From: Candidatus Eiseniibacteriota bacterium
GTDB lineage: Bacteria; Eisenbacteria; RBG-16-71-46; CAIMUX01
NCBI GenBank assembly: GCA_963833505.1
Contig: CAWHYG010000005.1
Coordinates: 318,918 to 382,917 of the forward strand
Length of the DNA: 64,000 bases
Direction of reading: 5' to 3'
Shown: piece by piece, positions 42,694 to 53,569 of the stretch
How the letters are laid out: each line of letters opens with the position of its first letter
Numbering within the stretch: the stretch's first letter is position 1
Notes under the pieces: model-generated
What the model was told of the DNA's origin: nothing
The model's input: the letters and a program-made list of their open reading frames with translations, nothing else
The model's database searches: none
Made by a program: the position numbers and the translations under genes

Positions 42694-43470
42694 ATGAACG
42701 CAGCGAAACAGCTCCTGGTCTGCGAGGACCTCCACGTTTCGGTTCAGGGGAAGGAGATCGTCAAAGGTGTCAGCCTGACCCTGTCGGCGGGCGAGAAGGT
42801 CGCCTTGATGGGGCCGAACGGTTCGGGCAAAAGCTCGCTGGCCAATGCCATCATGGGGAATCCGGGATATCAACTGACGGAAGGGCGCATCTGGTTGGAT
42901 GGCGACGAGATCACCGCCATGCCCCCGGATGAGAAGGCGCGGCGGGGCCTCTTTCTCGCCTTCCAGTACCCGGTGGCCATCCCCGGAGTCTCCGTGGCCA
43001 ACTTCCTGCGCTCGGCGGTCAACGCGCGCCGCGGGCGGGACGTTCCCATCCGCGAATTCCGGAAGGAGCTGACCGAGGCGATGCAGGCCCTGGACGTCGA
43101 TCCGTCCTTCGCCGGACGCTACCTCAACGAGGGCTTTTCCGGCGGCGAGAAGAAGCGGATCGAGATCCTCCAGATGGACATGCTCAAGCCGACCGTGGCG
43201 CTCTTGGATGAGACCGACTCGGGGCTCGACATCGACGCGCTTCGCACCGTGGCGGACGGGATCAACCGCGTCATCGGCGCCGAAACCGGAGCCCTGGTCG
43301 TGACGCACTATCAGAGGCTTTTGAACTACGTCAAACCGGATCGGGTCCACGTCCTGATGGACGGCCGGATCGTCCGGAGCGGCGGCCCCGACTTTGCGCT
43401 CGAGCTGGAAGAGAAAGGTTACGAGTGGATCGAGCGCGAGGTCATGAGCGGATCCGGAGAGACCGCCTGA
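42694..43470 (+). CDS. sufC: Fe-S assembly ATPase SufC
   Basis: [44 protein letters not shown]. Confidence 0.97.
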   Translation: MNAAKQLLVCEDLHVSVQGKEIVKGVSLTLSAGEKVALMGPNGSGKSSLANAIMGNPGYQLTEGRIWLDGDEITAMPPDEKARRGLFLAFQYPVAIPGVSVANFLRSAVNARRGRDVPIREFRKELTEAMQALDVDPSFAGRYLNEGFSGGEKKRIEILQMDMLKPTVALLDETDSGLDIDALRTVADGINRVIGAETGALVVTHYQRLLNYVKPDRVHVLMDGRIVRSGGPDFALELEEKGYEWIEREVMSGSGETA

Positions 43471-43495
43471 AGACCATAGAGGAAGGCAGGACAAG

Positions 43496-44932
43496 ATGGC
43501 AAACCCAGTCACTCAAGGCCCCGTCCGGAAGGAAGTCAACATCCGGGACGACTATGCGTCCCAATGGGGCTTCCATGACCCGGAGCAGTACTTTCACAAA
43601 GGGGCCAAGGGAATCAACCACGAAGTCGTCGAGATGATGTCGCGGATGAAGAAGGAGCCGGCCTGGATGCGGCTCCGCCGCCATGAAGCGCTCGACATCT
43701 TCCTGGCCAAGCCCATGCCGAAGTGGGGGGACACCGAGCTTCTCGGCTCCATCGACTTCAACGACATCTACTATTACATCCGCCCGATGGAGGAGCAGGG
43801 CAAGACCTGGGACGACGTCCCGGAGTACATCAAGAAGACGTTCGATCGGCTGGGCATCCCTGAAGCGGAACGCAAGTTCCTGGGCGGCGTCTCGGCGCAG
43901 TACGAGTCCGAAGTCGTCTATCACTCCATCCGGAAGGACCTGGAGCAGCTCGGGGTGCTCTTCCTCGACATGGATTCGGGGCTCAGGGAGCATCCCGAAA
44001 TCGTCCAGAAGTACTTCGGCACCGTGATTCCGTCGGCGGACAACAAATTCGCCGCCCTCAACACCGCGGTCTGGTCGGGCGGGTCGTTCATCTACGTTCC
44101 CAAGGGGCTCAAGGTGGAGATCCCGCTGCAGGCCTACTTCCGGATCAACGCGGAGAACATGGGGCAGTTCGAGCGCACCCTGATCATCGCCGACGAGGGC
44201 TCCCGGGTGCACTACATCGAAGGGTGCACGGCGCCGATCTACTCCTCGAACAGCCTGCACTCCGCGGTGGTCGAGCTGATCGCCTTCGACGGCGCGTACA
44301 TCCGGTACACCACGATCCAGAACTGGGCCAACAACATCTTCAACCTCGTGACCAAGCGGGCGGTGGCCCACCGGAACGCGACGGTCGAATGGGTGGACGG
44401 AAACATCGGGTCCCATCTGACCATGAAGTTTCCCTGCATCTACCTGGTGGGCGAGGGCGCGCGGGGCGAGGTGCTTTCGGTGGCGTTCGCCGGCACCGGG
44501 CAGCACCAGGACACGGGCGCCAAGGTGATCCATGCCGCGCCGAACACGTCATCGACGATCACGAGCAAGTCGATCTCCAAGGGCGAAGGCCGCTCGTCGT
44601 ACCGCGGACTGGTCAAGGTCCATCCGAAGGCGACCGGATGCAAGGTGAGCGTGCGGTGCAATGCCCTTCTGATCGGGGAAGGCGCCCGATCCGACACCTA
44701 TCCGACCATGGAGATTGATGAGGAAAACGTCCAGATCGAGCACGAGGCCCGGGTGAGCAAGGTCGGCGACGAGCAACTCTTCTATCTCATGAGCCGCGGG
44801 ATCACCGAGGAACAGGCGCGGCTCCTGATCGTCAACGGTTTCATCGAGCCGTTCACGAAAGAGCTGCCCATGGAATACGCGGTGGAGCTGAACCGCCTGA
44901 TCGCGATGGAAATGGAGGGGAGCGTCGGGTGA
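43496..44932 (+). CDS. sufB: Fe-S assembly protein SufB
   Basis: [53 protein letters not shown]. Confidence 0.97.
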   Translation: MANPVTQGPVRKEVNIRDDYASQWGFHDPEQYFHKGAKGINHEVVEMMSRMKKEPAWMRLRRHEALDIFLAKPMPKWGDTELLGSIDFNDIYYYIRPMEEQGKTWDDVPEYIKKTFDRLGIPEAERKFLGGVSAQYESEVVYHSIRKDLEQLGVLFLDMDSGLREHPEIVQKYFGTVIPSADNKFAALNTAVWSGGSFIYVPKGLKVEIPLQAYFRINAENMGQFERTLIIADEGSRVHYIEGCTAPIYSSNSLHSAVVELIAFDGAYIRYTTIQNWANNIFNLVTKRAVAHRNATVEWVDGNIGSHLTMKFPCIYLVGEGARGEVLSVAFAGTGQHQDTGAKVIHAAPNTSSTITSKSISKGEGRSSYRGLVKVHPKATGCKVSVRCNALLIGEGARSDTYPTMEIDEENVQIEHEARVSKVGDEQLFYLMSRGITEEQARLLIVNGFIEPFTKELPMEYAVELNRLIAMEMEGSVG

Positions 44933-46413
44933 GCGGGAAGATGGATCAGAACGCGCTCGGGGAGAGCTCCCGCGGGACAGGGCCGCGCGGAGAGAACGGG
45001 CGGGAGCAGCCAGGCGCCGCCGGCCGGGAACAACCGGGTACCGTGGGTCGGGATGCCGGCGCGAGCCGATCTGGAAAAGCGCACATGCTGGCGAGCGCCA
45101 CTCCGGAAGTGGTCACCGCCTTCTCGCGACGGCGCGATGAGCCCGACTGGCTCGCGGCGTGGCGACGCCGGGGTTATGAGATCTACCGGGAACTGCCTCT
45201 CCCGATCCGGGCCGATCACCTCTGGCGATACACCGATCCGGAGCTGTTCGAGCCCACGGTCGATCCCTTTGACGGCGGTGGATCGAGCGTGAACGGCGGG
45301 CCGAGTGGGAACGGCGCCGGAGCGGCGGAATGGCCGGACGACCTCGCCGCCGGGATTTCCGGCAAGGACCTGGGCGGCGTCGCCCTGGTGCATGACGGCA
45401 CCCTGGGTCCGACCTGGCTGGATCCGGAAGTCTCCGCTGCCGGAATCGTCCTGACGGATCTTCGCACCGCCGCCCGCGAGCGGCCGGACGAGCTGCAACG
45501 GGTCTTCGGCGCCGCCGTCGGCCTCGAGTTCGGGAAGTTCGAAGCGTTGAACGCCGCCACTTTCCGCGGAGGGGTCTTCCTGCGCGTTCCCCGCGGCGCA
45601 GCCCCTTCCCGGCCGATCCACCTGCGCCGGTTCTTCGACCAGGCGGGGTTAGGCGCGAGCCGCCTCGCCGTCCTCGTCGAGGACGGTGCCTCGCTCACGT
45701 TGATCGATGAGCTGGAGAGCGGCCCGACGGCGGGCCAGGCGCAGATCTACGGCGTCGTCGAGATCGTGGCCGGCGCCGGAAGCCGGGTCCATTTCGTGTC
45801 GGTCCAGAATCTCGCCCGCACCGCGACTCTTCATCTGACGCAGCGCGCGCGTCTCGGGCGAGGCGCGTCGTTCGTTCCGGTCATCGCTTCCTTCGGCGCG
45901 GGGCTGGCCAAGATCGACGCCGGCACCGTCCTCGAAGGCGAGGGCTCCGAGACCGAGATGATCGGCTTCGTGTCGGGAATCGGCCGCCAGCGCTTCGATC
46001 ATCACACCGTCCACCTCCACCAGGCGCCTCACACCCGGAGCAACCTCGACTTCAAGACCGTGCTCAAGGACAGATCCCGCTCCGCCTACACCGGCCTGAT
46101 CCGGATCGAACGTGAATCCCGGTTCACGGAGGCCTACCAGGAGAATCGCAACCTCCTCCTTTCGGAGAACTGCCGGGCCGAGTCCATCCCGGAGCTGGAG
46201 ATCCTGAACGAGGAGGTCCAGTGCAAGCATGGCGCGACCGTCGGGCCGCTGAATCCGGACCACCTCTTCTACCTGATGAGCCGGGCCATTCCCCGGGCGG
46301 AAGCGATCCGGATCATCGTCGAAGGCCACTTCGAGCCGGCGCTGCGGCGCTTGCCGACCGGGCTTCGGGAGCGGTTGACGCAGGCTCTGCGCGACAGGCT
46401 CAAGGAGCTTTGA
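44929..46413 (+). CDS. sufD: Fe-S assembly protein SufD
   Basis: [32 protein letters not shown]; GTGA overlap with sufB. Confidence 0.93.
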   Translation: MSGKMDQNALGESSRGTGPRGENGREQPGAAGREQPGTVGRDAGASRSGKAHMLASATPEVVTAFSRRRDEPDWLAAWRRRGYEIYRELPLPIRADHLWRYTDPELFEPTVDPFDGGGSSVNGGPSGNGAGAAEWPDDLAAGISGKDLGGVALVHDGTLGPTWLDPEVSAAGIVLTDLRTAARERPDELQRVFGAAVGLEFGKFEALNAATFRGGVFLRVPRGAAPSRPIHLRRFFDQAGLGASRLAVLVEDGASLTLIDELESGPTAGQAQIYGVVEIVAGAGSRVHFVSVQNLARTATLHLTQRARLGRGASFVPVIASFGAGLAKIDAGTVLEGEGSETEMIGFVSGIGRQRFDHHTVHLHQAPHTRSNLDFKTVLKDRSRSAYTGLIRIERESRFTEAYQENRNLLLSENCRAESIPELEILNEEVQCKHGATVGPLNPDHLFYLMSRAIPRAEAIRIIVEGHFEPALRRLPTGLRERLTQALRDRLKEL

Positions 46414-46444
46414 GGATTCCGCCCCGCGGGGGCAAGGGGGCAGC

Positions 46445-46774
46445 ATGACCAGGACGTTCGTGAAAGTCGCCCGGGAGTCCGAGATCGCCGAGGGCGAAGC
46501 CCGGGACTACTCGATCGAGGGAACCGGAATCCTTCTCTGCCGGGTGGACGGGAAGATCTACGCGATCGAGGACATCTGCAGCCACGACGACGGCCCGCTC
46601 GGACTGGGCGAGCTGGACGGCTGCGAGATCGAGTGCCCGCGGCACGGAGCGCGTTTCGACGTTCGCACCGGCGAGGTCCGGCGAATGCCGGCGATAGCGC
46701 CGATCGCCTCCTTCCCCGTGCGAATCGAAGAAGGAGACGTCCTGGTCGAGCTGGAGGTGGATGAACCGCGATGA
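46445..46774 (+). CDS. Rieske-type ferredoxin
   Basis: CSH...ECPRHGARFD..TG. Confidence 0.93.
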   Translation: MTRTFVKVARESEIAEGEARDYSIEGTGILLCRVDGKIYAIEDICSHDDGPLGLGELDGCEIECPRHGARFDVRTGEVRRMPAIAPIASFPVRIEEGDVLVELEVDEPR

Positions 46775-48258
46775 GCCGGAAGGAACAGACTGCGGCGGAG
46801 ACGCCGGACCGGCGCGCGGCTGAAACGCCCGGCCGCGGAGCGATCGCGCCGGCTGACTCCGGGAAGGACCGGCCGGGCTCCGGTCGGCCGAACTCCGACG
46901 CGTCGAGCCCGGAACGACCGAGCGCGGACTCGCCAGACACTGGTCGGCTCGGCTCCGAACAATCGCCGGAGACGCAGGACTCCGATACGCCGTTGTCCCG
47001 GCTCCACGGGACCGCGAGCGCGGACCTGGGCGCTCAGCGGCTGGACGTAGCCGCGGTGCGGCGCGACTTTCCCATCCTGACCCGAAAGGTCCACGGAAAC
47101 CGTCTGGTCTATCTCGACAACGCGGCGACTTCGCAGAAGCCGCTCGTCGTTCTCGAGCGGCTGAACCACTACTACCGCCAGATGAACGCCAACATCCACC
47201 GGGGCATCCACCGCCTGGCCGAGGAGGCCACCCAGCAATTCGAAGCGACCCGGGAACGCGTGGCCCGCTTCATCAACGCGCCGGATCCACGGGGCGTGAT
47301 CTTCACCAGCGGGACGACCGGCTCCCTGAATCTGCTGGCGCATTGCTGGGGAAACGAGCTCAAGCCTGGCAACGAGATCCTGCTGTCCGAGATGGAGCAT
47401 CACAGCAATCTCGTCCCGTGGTTCCTGACGGCGCGCGCGACCGGAGCGGTCATCCGTCATATCCCGGTGACCGGAGAGGGGAAGCTCGATCTTGCCGCTC
47501 TTCCGCTTCTGATCAACCCGCGCACCCGGATCGTGTCGATCGCGCACGTGTCCAACGTTCTCGGAACGATCAACCCGGTGGCCGAGATCGCCGAAGCCGC
47601 GCACCGCGCGGGCGCGCTCGTGTCGGTCGACGCCGCGCAGAGCGCTCCGCATCTGCCGCTCGACGTGCAAAGGCTCGGCTGCGACGCCATTTCCTTCTCC
47701 GCGCACAAGATGCTCGGGCCGACCGGCCTCGGCGTGCTTTGGGTGCGGCCGGATATCCTCGAGAAGATGGAACCGTACCAGGGAGGCGGAGAGATGATCC
47801 GCGAGGTGCGGCTCGACACGGCGACCTGGGCGGAGATTCCCCACCGGTTCGAGGCCGGGACGCCGAACATCGCCGCGGTCATCGCCTTCGGACCGGCGCT
47901 CGACTATCTGGATCGGATCGGTTTCGCTGCGCTCCAGCGCCATGACGACGAGCTGATGCGCTACGCTCTGGAGAAGCTGCGGGCGCTGGGCGGCCTGCGC
48001 ATCCTCGGCCCTACCCAGGCGGGGGATCGCACCGCGGTGATCGCCTTCGCCGATCCGGTGGTTCATCCGCACGATCTCAGCACCGTGCTCGACCAGCGGG
48101 GCATCGCGATCCGCGCCGGCCACCATTGCGCGCAGCCGCTGCATCGGAAGCTGGGGCTGGTGGCCTCCTCCCGGGCCAGTTTCTATCTGTATAACGATCG
48201 AGACGACGTGGACGCGCTTTCAGAGGGTCTCGTCGAAGCGAGGAAGTACTTTGGTTAG
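46771..48258 (+). CDS. sufS: Cysteine desulfurase SufS with N-terminal extension of about 90 aa
   Basis: YLDNAATSQKP, EHHSN, SAHKM.GPTG, EAGTP, RAGHHCAQPL. Confidence 0.96.
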   Translation: MSRKEQTAAETPDRRAAETPGRGAIAPADSGKDRPGSGRPNSDASSPERPSADSPDTGRLGSEQSPETQDSDTPLSRLHGTASADLGAQRLDVAAVRRDFPILTRKVHGNRLVYLDNAATSQKPLVVLERLNHYYRQMNANIHRGIHRLAEEATQQFEATRERVARFINAPDPRGVIFTSGTTGSLNLLAHCWGNELKPGNEILLSEMEHHSNLVPWFLTARATGAVIRHIPVTGEGKLDLAALPLLINPRTRIVSIAHVSNVLGTINPVAEIAEAAHRAGALVSVDAAQSAPHLPLDVQRLGCDAISFSAHKMLGPTGLGVLWVRPDILEKMEPYQGGGEMIREVRLDTATWAEIPHRFEAGTPNIAAVIAFGPALDYLDRIGFAALQRHDDELMRYALEKLRALGGLRILGPTQAGDRTAVIAFADPVVHPHDLSTVLDQRGIAIRAGHHCAQPLHRKLGLVASSRASFYLYNDRDDVDALSEGLVEARKYFG

Positions 48259-49051
48259 CGGGAGCACGGAACGCGGATCCGACCGGACGCCGGATCCGGG
48301 GAACCCGGACCGGCGGAACGGGTCGGAGCGCCCGAACCAAACGACCGGATCGGAAGACCCGCACCCGGCACAGGCGCGCCCCGAGCGGCCGAACGGGTCG
48401 GAAGAGCGGGAACCGCGACACGGATCGGAGAGCTCGAGGCGAACCAGCGGATCGGAAGACGCCAGCCGGCTCGAAGGCCCTGGGAACGCCCCGATCAACC
48501 GCCAGTTGCCTCGGTTGGACGACCTCTATCGCGAGGTCGTGATCGACCACTACCGCCATCCGCGAGGGCGCAAGGAGCTGGCCGACGCCGACGTGAGCGC
48601 GGAAGGCTACAACCCGACCTGCGGAGACCAGGCGCGGGTCGCCCTGGCGGTCGAAGGGGACCGGATCAAGGACATCCAGGTGGAATGCCACGGATGCTCC
48701 ATCAGCGTCGCGTCCGGTTCGATGATGGCAGAGCTGCTGGTGGGCAAGTCCCGAAGTGAGGTTGCACAACTGACCGAGAGCTTCAAATCCGTCATGCATG
48801 GTCGCGAGCCCGAGCCGGGCCTGGATCTCGGCGATCTCGAAGCGCTCGAGGGAGTGCGCCAGTTCCCGGTTCGAATCAAGTGCGCGCTTCTGGCTTGGAC
48901 CACGCTCCAGGAAGCGCTGGCCTCCTTCGCGGACAAGACCGACCAAGGCGACGAGATGGCGCCCAAAGACGCAAAGGAGACGGATGCCGCCGGCACGAAT
49001 GCCTCCGAAACCAGCGAGACGGGCACCGCCGGCGGAAAGGAGAACGGCTGA
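48251..49051 (+). CDS. sufU: SufU (NifU-like) scaffold/sulfur-transfer protein with N-terminal extension
   Basis: LYREVVIDHY..P, NPTCGD, GCSIS.AS.S, RIKCALLAW. Start uncertain (TTG 48251 or TTG 48515). Confidence 0.9.
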   Translation: MVSGSTERGSDRTPDPGNPDRRNGSERPNQTTGSEDPHPAQARPERPNGSEEREPRHGSESSRRTSGSEDASRLEGPGNAPINRQLPRLDDLYREVVIDHYRHPRGRKELADADVSAEGYNPTCGDQARVALAVEGDRIKDIQVECHGCSISVASGSMMAELLVGKSRSEVAQLTESFKSVMHGREPEPGLDLGDLEALEGVRQFPVRIKCALLAWTTLQEALASFADKTDQGDEMAPKDAKETDAAGTNASETSETGTAGGKENG

Positions 49052-49052
49052 A

Positions 49053-49655
49053 ATGACACCTCAACCCGACTTCTCGAATCAAACGGATCCTTCCAGGAAG
49101 TCCGACTCCACCCCGGAGAGCCGGCCGGCCAAGGACTCCGCGGGTGAGAGTTCGGGCCAGCCTGCGGGTTCGGGGTCCGGCGAGCCAACGGACCGGCGTC
49201 CCAAGGTGCAGGCGGACCAGCATCCCGACAAGCCGGCGGGCCAGGGGCCCGACGAGACTACGGGACCGGTTGACCGGGAGCCCCGCGCGGAACCGGTGGA
49301 TCAGCACGCCCCGGGAGACGCCAGCGCATCGCCCGCCCCGGCTGGAAAGCTCTCGGCGCAAGACGTCCTGGAGATCCTGCGCCCGGTCGAGGATCCGGAG
49401 ATCGGCCTCAGCATCGTAGACCTCGGCCTCATCTACGGCGTCGACATCAGCGAGGACGGCAAGACGATCGAAGTTTCCATGACCTTGACCACGCCCATGT
49501 GTCCTTACGGCCCGGAGCTGATCGCCCTCGCCGAAACGGCCCTCAGAACCATCCCCGGTATCGCCCAATCGAGCATCAAGCTCGTCTGGGTCCCCCGCTG
49601 GGATCCGCGCGAGCACGCGTCGGAAGACGCCAAGGCCATGTTGGGGATCTGGTAG
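49053..49655 (+). CDS. sufT: SufT/DUF59 metal-sulfur cluster biosynthesis protein with N-terminal extension
   Basis: V.DPEIGLSIVDLGLIY..MTLTTPMCP..VW.P.W..SE.AK..LG; ATG after AAGGAG. Confidence 0.88.
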   Translation: MTPQPDFSNQTDPSRKSDSTPESRPAKDSAGESSGQPAGSGSGEPTDRRPKVQADQHPDKPAGQGPDETTGPVDREPRAEPVDQHAPGDASASPAPAGKLSAQDVLEILRPVEDPEIGLSIVDLGLIYGVDISEDGKTIEVSMTLTTPMCPYGPELIALAETALRTIPGIAQSSIKLVWVPRWDPREHASEDAKAMLGIW

Positions 49656-49841
49656 TCCCGCCTGGAACTTCCCGCTTGGATGTCGGGCAACAAGCCTGGG
49701 ATCCACTGCCGTCTCCAGATCCTGGATCGACCGTTGCCGGAGGGGTCTGACTCGGAGCGATCCAGAGCGATCTGATCTGGCATGACGCCCGGAAGGCCCC
49801 AGCGCTAGACTAGAATCGGCATGGGCCTGGACGGGGGCGTG

Positions 49842-50036
49842 ATGCAAACCTGTGCTCTGCTCGTCCTGCTGATTCCGCTGTTGCTCGCGCCGGCCGTTCC
49901 GGCGGCCGGACCGAACAGCGAGAGCAATGGTGGCGGTATCTTCTCCACACCTGGAAACAGGGGCAACAACGCGCCCGATACGACGCTTGCCAACGTGGAT
50001 ACGACCTTCGTCAAACCAGCGCTAACCCGCTCATGA
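49842..50036 (+). CDS. Short signal-peptide ORF, probably a gene remnant
   Basis: MQTCALLVLLIPLLLAPAVPA followed by about 40 aa. Confidence 0.3.
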   Translation: MQTCALLVLLIPLLLAPAVPAAGPNSESNGGGIFSTPGNRGNNAPDTTLANVDTTFVKPALTRS

Positions 50037-50061
50037 TCGCCCCGTTGCGAGGCACGACGCC

Positions 50062-52545
50062 TCACCCCCCGAGCACCCGCGATCCGATCTGGTAGAAGAC
50101 GAGGCAAGCCACATAGGCCAGGCCGTTCATGTAGACCAGCATGAAGATCGGCCACCGCCAGCTTCGCGTCTCCGCCCGAACCACCATGACGGTGCTCAGG
50201 CACTGCATCGCGAGCACGAACCAGAGGAGCAGACTGCCCGCGACGAGAGGCGTCCAGACGGAGCTGCCGTCCGGGCGACGGTCGGAGCGCATGGCCGCGG
50301 CCAGGGTGCCGTTCTCGCCGCCGGCCTCGCCGGTGCCGTACACGATCGCGAGCGTGCTCACGAAGACTTCCCGGGCGGCGAAGGCGCCGATGCACCCGAC
50401 CCCCATCTTCCAGTCGAATCCCAAAGGACGGATGCCCGGCTCGATCGCCCGGCCGAAGCGTCCCGCCAGGCTGTAGGCGCGCTGCGCCGCCGCCTGCGCG
50501 TTGGCGTCTGGCCACTGCGCCATCGCGGCCGCGTTCGCATCCGGAAATCGCGCGGCGGCGCTCGCGGGCAATCGCGGATAATACGAAATCGCCCAGAGCG
50601 CCAGGCAGATGGCGAAGATGGTCGTGCCGGCGCGGGTCAGGAACCGCCCGCTGTTCGACCACACCTGGCGAGCGACCAGCGACGCTTGCGGCACTTTGTA
50701 AGTAGGAAGCTCGAGGATGAATCCGGAATCCCGGCCCCGAAGGAACGTGCGCCGGAAGACAAACGCGGCCGCGGCGGCGAAGAGGATGCCGAGGATATAG
50801 AGCGCCAGCATGATCCCGGCCTGGCGGAGCGGGCCCAGGCTCGCGAAGAAGGTCCCGACAAGAAGCCCGTAGATCGGCAGGCGGGCGCTGCACGTCATGA
50901 AGGGAAGCACCAGGATCGTGGCCAGGCGCCCGCGGCGATGCTCGATCGTCCGCGTCGCCATGATGGCGGGAATGGCGCAGGCGAATCCGCTCAGGAGCGG
51001 GATGAAGCTCTTGCCGTGGAGCCCGACGCGCGCGAGCAGTCGATCCATGAGAAACGCGGCCCGCGCGAGGTATCCGCTGTCCTCGAGCACCGCCAGGAAC
51101 AGGAACAGGATGGCGATCTGCGGCACAAAGACCACCACCGAGCCGACGCCGGCAAAGATGCCGTCCCGCACCAGGCTTTGCAGCGCAGCCCCGGGCGCGA
51201 GCCCCGCGACCAACGAACCGAGGGCGCTGATCCAATCGGTGAGATGGTCCTGGATCGGCTTGGCCAGCCAGAACATCGAAACGAACATCGATCCCATCAC
51301 GAGCAGGAAGATGAGGAGGCCCCACACACGGTGCAAAAGAACCGCGTCGACCCGCTCCGTGAGGGGAACGGACCAGGGGGATGCGAGGTTCGCCGGTTGA
51401 CGCAAGGCCTGAACGCGTCCGGGATCCTGACTTCGAGACTTGAGGCGCGCAGGATTGCGATGTTGGGACGCAAGGTGTAAAGGAGCCTCATGCCGGGACG
51501 CGACGCGAGTGGGATCCGAACGCGCGGACTCGACGCGTCCTAGCTTCAGCGCCTTGGACCGGAGCCAGCGGGGCTTCAGAGGTCCGGAGGGCTCTGCCTC
51601 GACCCGCCCCAACCGGAGTCGCCTGGGATCGAGACCGGGCCAGAGACGCCGGGGTTCCACGCGCCCGGCCCCGACGCGCCCGGACGGCACAGGCCCGGTT
51701 TCCTGAGGCGCGAACTCGAGGCGCCCGGACCGCGCCGGCCCGGTTTCCTGAGGCGGGGACTCGACACGCCCGGATCGCAGACGCTCGGGTTCGGGGCCCG
51801 CGGCTTCGAACGAATCCGCGTCCGCCGGCACGCCGCGCTGCGCGACGCAGACCTCCGCGATCTCCTCGATCCATTGGTATCGCGCTTCGATGTCCGCCTG
51901 CATCGGGTCCAGCCCGGCGGTCAACTCCACGCGGGTCCAACCGTCCGCCGCGGTCAGACGAGCCTGGTCGATGGCGGCCACCAGCTCGGCGATCCCTCGC
52001 CTCTTGTGGCCGATGACCGGCACGACGGGAAGGCCGAGGCGGCGGCTCAGCTCCGCCGCGTCCACCGCCTGTCCGCGGCGCTCCGCCACGTCCACCATGT
52101 TGAGGGCGATGACGAGCGGCCGCTCGAGGTCGATGAGCTGGCTCACCAGATAGAGATTCCGCTGGAGATTGCTCGCGTCGACGACGGCGACGATGACGTC
52201 CGGCGCCGGCGTTTCCGGTCGCAGTCCCTTCAAGACCTCCAGCGCGACCAGCTCGTCGGGCGAGCGGGAGACCAGACTGTACGTTCCCGGCAGATCGACC
52301 AGCGTGACGAAGCCGCGTCCGGGCACGTGGACGAGACCGAGCTTCCGCTCCACGGTCACGCCGGGATAGTTCCCGACCTTCTGTCGAAGCCCGGTAAGGG
52401 CGTTGAAGATCGTAGTCTTTCCGCTGTTCGGATTGCCCGCCAGCGCGATCGTGAATCGGGCCGAGCCGTTCGAGGCGTCACCGGGCCGACAAGGCTGGCC
52501 CCGATTCACTTTCGAGAGGGAGCAATCGTCACAGCAGGCCGACAC
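50062..52545 (-). CDS. feoB: Ferrous iron transporter FeoB with a repeat-rich internal insertion
   Basis: GNPNSGKTT, GNYPGVTVE, DLPGTYSL, LEDSGYLAR, GFACAIP, MTCSARLP, ELP.Y, AREVFV. Confidence 0.95.
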   Translation of the reverse strand: MSACCDDCSLSKVNRGQPCRPGDASNGSARFTIALAGNPNSGKTTIFNALTGLRQKVGNYPGVTVERKLGLVHVPGRGFVTLVDLPGTYSLVSRSPDELVALEVLKGLRPETPAPDVIVAVVDASNLQRNLYLVSQLIDLERPLVIALNMVDVAERRGQAVDAAELSRRLGLPVVPVIGHKRRGIAELVAAIDQARLTAADGWTRVELTAGLDPMQADIEARYQWIEEIAEVCVAQRGVPADADSFEAAGPEPERLRSGRVESPPQETGPARSGRLEFAPQETGPVPSGRVGAGRVEPRRLWPGLDPRRLRLGRVEAEPSGPLKPRWLRSKALKLGRVESARSDPTRVASRHEAPLHLASQHRNPARLKSRSQDPGRVQALRQPANLASPWSVPLTERVDAVLLHRVWGLLIFLLVMGSMFVSMFWLAKPIQDHLTDWISALGSLVAGLAPGAALQSLVRDGIFAGVGSVVVFVPQIAILFLFLAVLEDSGYLARAAFLMDRLLARVGLHGKSFIPLLSGFACAIPAIMATRTIEHRRGRLATILVLPFMTCSARLPIYGLLVGTFFASLGPLRQAGIMLALYILGILFAAAAAFVFRRTFLRGRDSGFILELPTYKVPQASLVARQVWSNSGRFLTRAGTTIFAICLALWAISYYPRLPASAAARFPDANAAAMAQWPDANAQAAAQRAYSLAGRFGRAIEPGIRPLGFDWKMGVGCIGAFAAREVFVSTLAIVYGTGEAGGENGTLAAAMRSDRRPDGSSVWTPLVAGSLLLWFVLAMQCLSTVMVVRAETRSWRWPIFMLVYMNGLAYVACLVFYQIGSRVLGG
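51676..51775 (-). repeat. 45-bp tandem repeat inside feoB
   Basis: Plus strand GCGCCCGGAC..GGCCCGGTTTCCTGAGGCG..ACTCGA twice plus a partial copy (SGRVESPPQETGPAR / SGRLEFAPQETGPVP). Confidence 0.8.
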
Positions 52546-52562
52546 GCGGGCGTTCCTTCCCT

Positions 52563-52949
52563 TTACTTGTGCGCCGGGCCATCATCAGGGGCATCGGATT
52601 CCGCGACGACGAGCACGCAACCGGCTTCGTCCCTCCTCAGCGATACGAAATAGCCGCGAACGGAGAACTCCGTCGGGTCGCCCAAGGGAGCCCGGCGAAT
52701 GGCCGTGACGACCGCGCGGTTGCAGAAACCCATCTCGAGCAGTCGCCGGCGAAGATCCTCGGCCCCGCTCACCGAATCCACTCGCGCGCCGGTACCGAGC
52801 GGAAGGTCGCTCAGGGGAAAGGGCGCGCCGCTGCGTTCTTCCGCCGGGCGGAGGTCCCGTCGGGGCAGGCAGTCGGGAGTCGCCGGGCGAAGACCCTGTT
52901 GTGGCGAGCAAGCAGAACTCGTCGTGCGCTGGTTCGTCTTCCGGTCCAC
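52563..52949 (-). CDS. feoA: FeoA
   Basis: LSDL..G..RRLLEMGF..RAPLGDP..VRGY.VSLRR.EA. Confidence 0.92.
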   Translation of the reverse strand: MDRKTNQRTTSSACSPQQGLRPATPDCLPRRDLRPAEERSGAPFPLSDLPLGTGARVDSVSGAEDLRRRLLEMGFCNRAVVTAIRRAPLGDPTEFSVRGYFVSLRRDEAGCVLVVAESDAPDDGPAHK

Positions 52950-53003
52950 TTCTCCACCTCTATGCGCCGGCCTATCGACGTGCGCCGGCAGGGTTCGCCC
53001 GGA

Positions 53004-53537
53004 TCAAGCCATGTCCGCGGCGTCGTCGTTGCGCGGCTCCAAATGCAGGACGTTCGGCTCGGACGGATCCGGTTCGCCGCTCTCGGCCGCCCCGTGAAAC
53101 GCCCGGAAGCCCTCCACGAACGCTCGGTGTCCGTTGACCTCGGTGGCGAATCGATGGAGCTCGCGCAGCCGGTCGGCGGCGTCGTGGCTGATCACGTGCT
53201 CCCACCGGCACGCTTCGGCCGCGGCTCGTTCCGGAGAGAAATCCAGGATGTCGGTCAGAAAGGAGAGGACGACGCGGTAGCGTCCGCGGACGTCCTGAGC
53301 CACGCGTCGGCCAAATGGCGTGAGCGTCGGGAAGTGGGCCTGATCGAACCGGACCAGGCCTTTCTGAGCGAGCTGGGCCAGTGCGACGGAGACCGATCCC
53401 TTCGTCACGCCGACTCGCGTCGCGATGTCGACGACGCGGGCATAGCCGCGCTCTTCGCGCAGCTCGAGGATCGCTCGGAGGTAGTGCTCCGTGCTGACCG
53501 CCAGATCGTGTCGCTGCCGCAGGGGCCGGGATGTCAT
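53004..53537 (-). CDS. DtxR/MntR-family metal-dependent repressor
   Basis: EHYLRAI..ARVVDIA..VTKGSVS..LTPFG..EACRWEH.IS; ATG after AGGAGG. Confidence 0.92.
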   Translation of the reverse strand: MTSRPLRQRHDLAVSTEHYLRAILELREERGYARVVDIATRVGVTKGSVSVALAQLAQKGLVRFDQAHFPTLTPFGRRVAQDVRGRYRVVLSFLTDILDFSPERAAAEACRWEHVISHDAADRLRELHRFATEVNGHRAFVEGFRAFHGAAESGEPDPSEPNVLHLEPRNDDAADMA

Positions 53538-53569
53538 GGCAACCTCCTGTTCGCCGTCTTGAATTGGGG

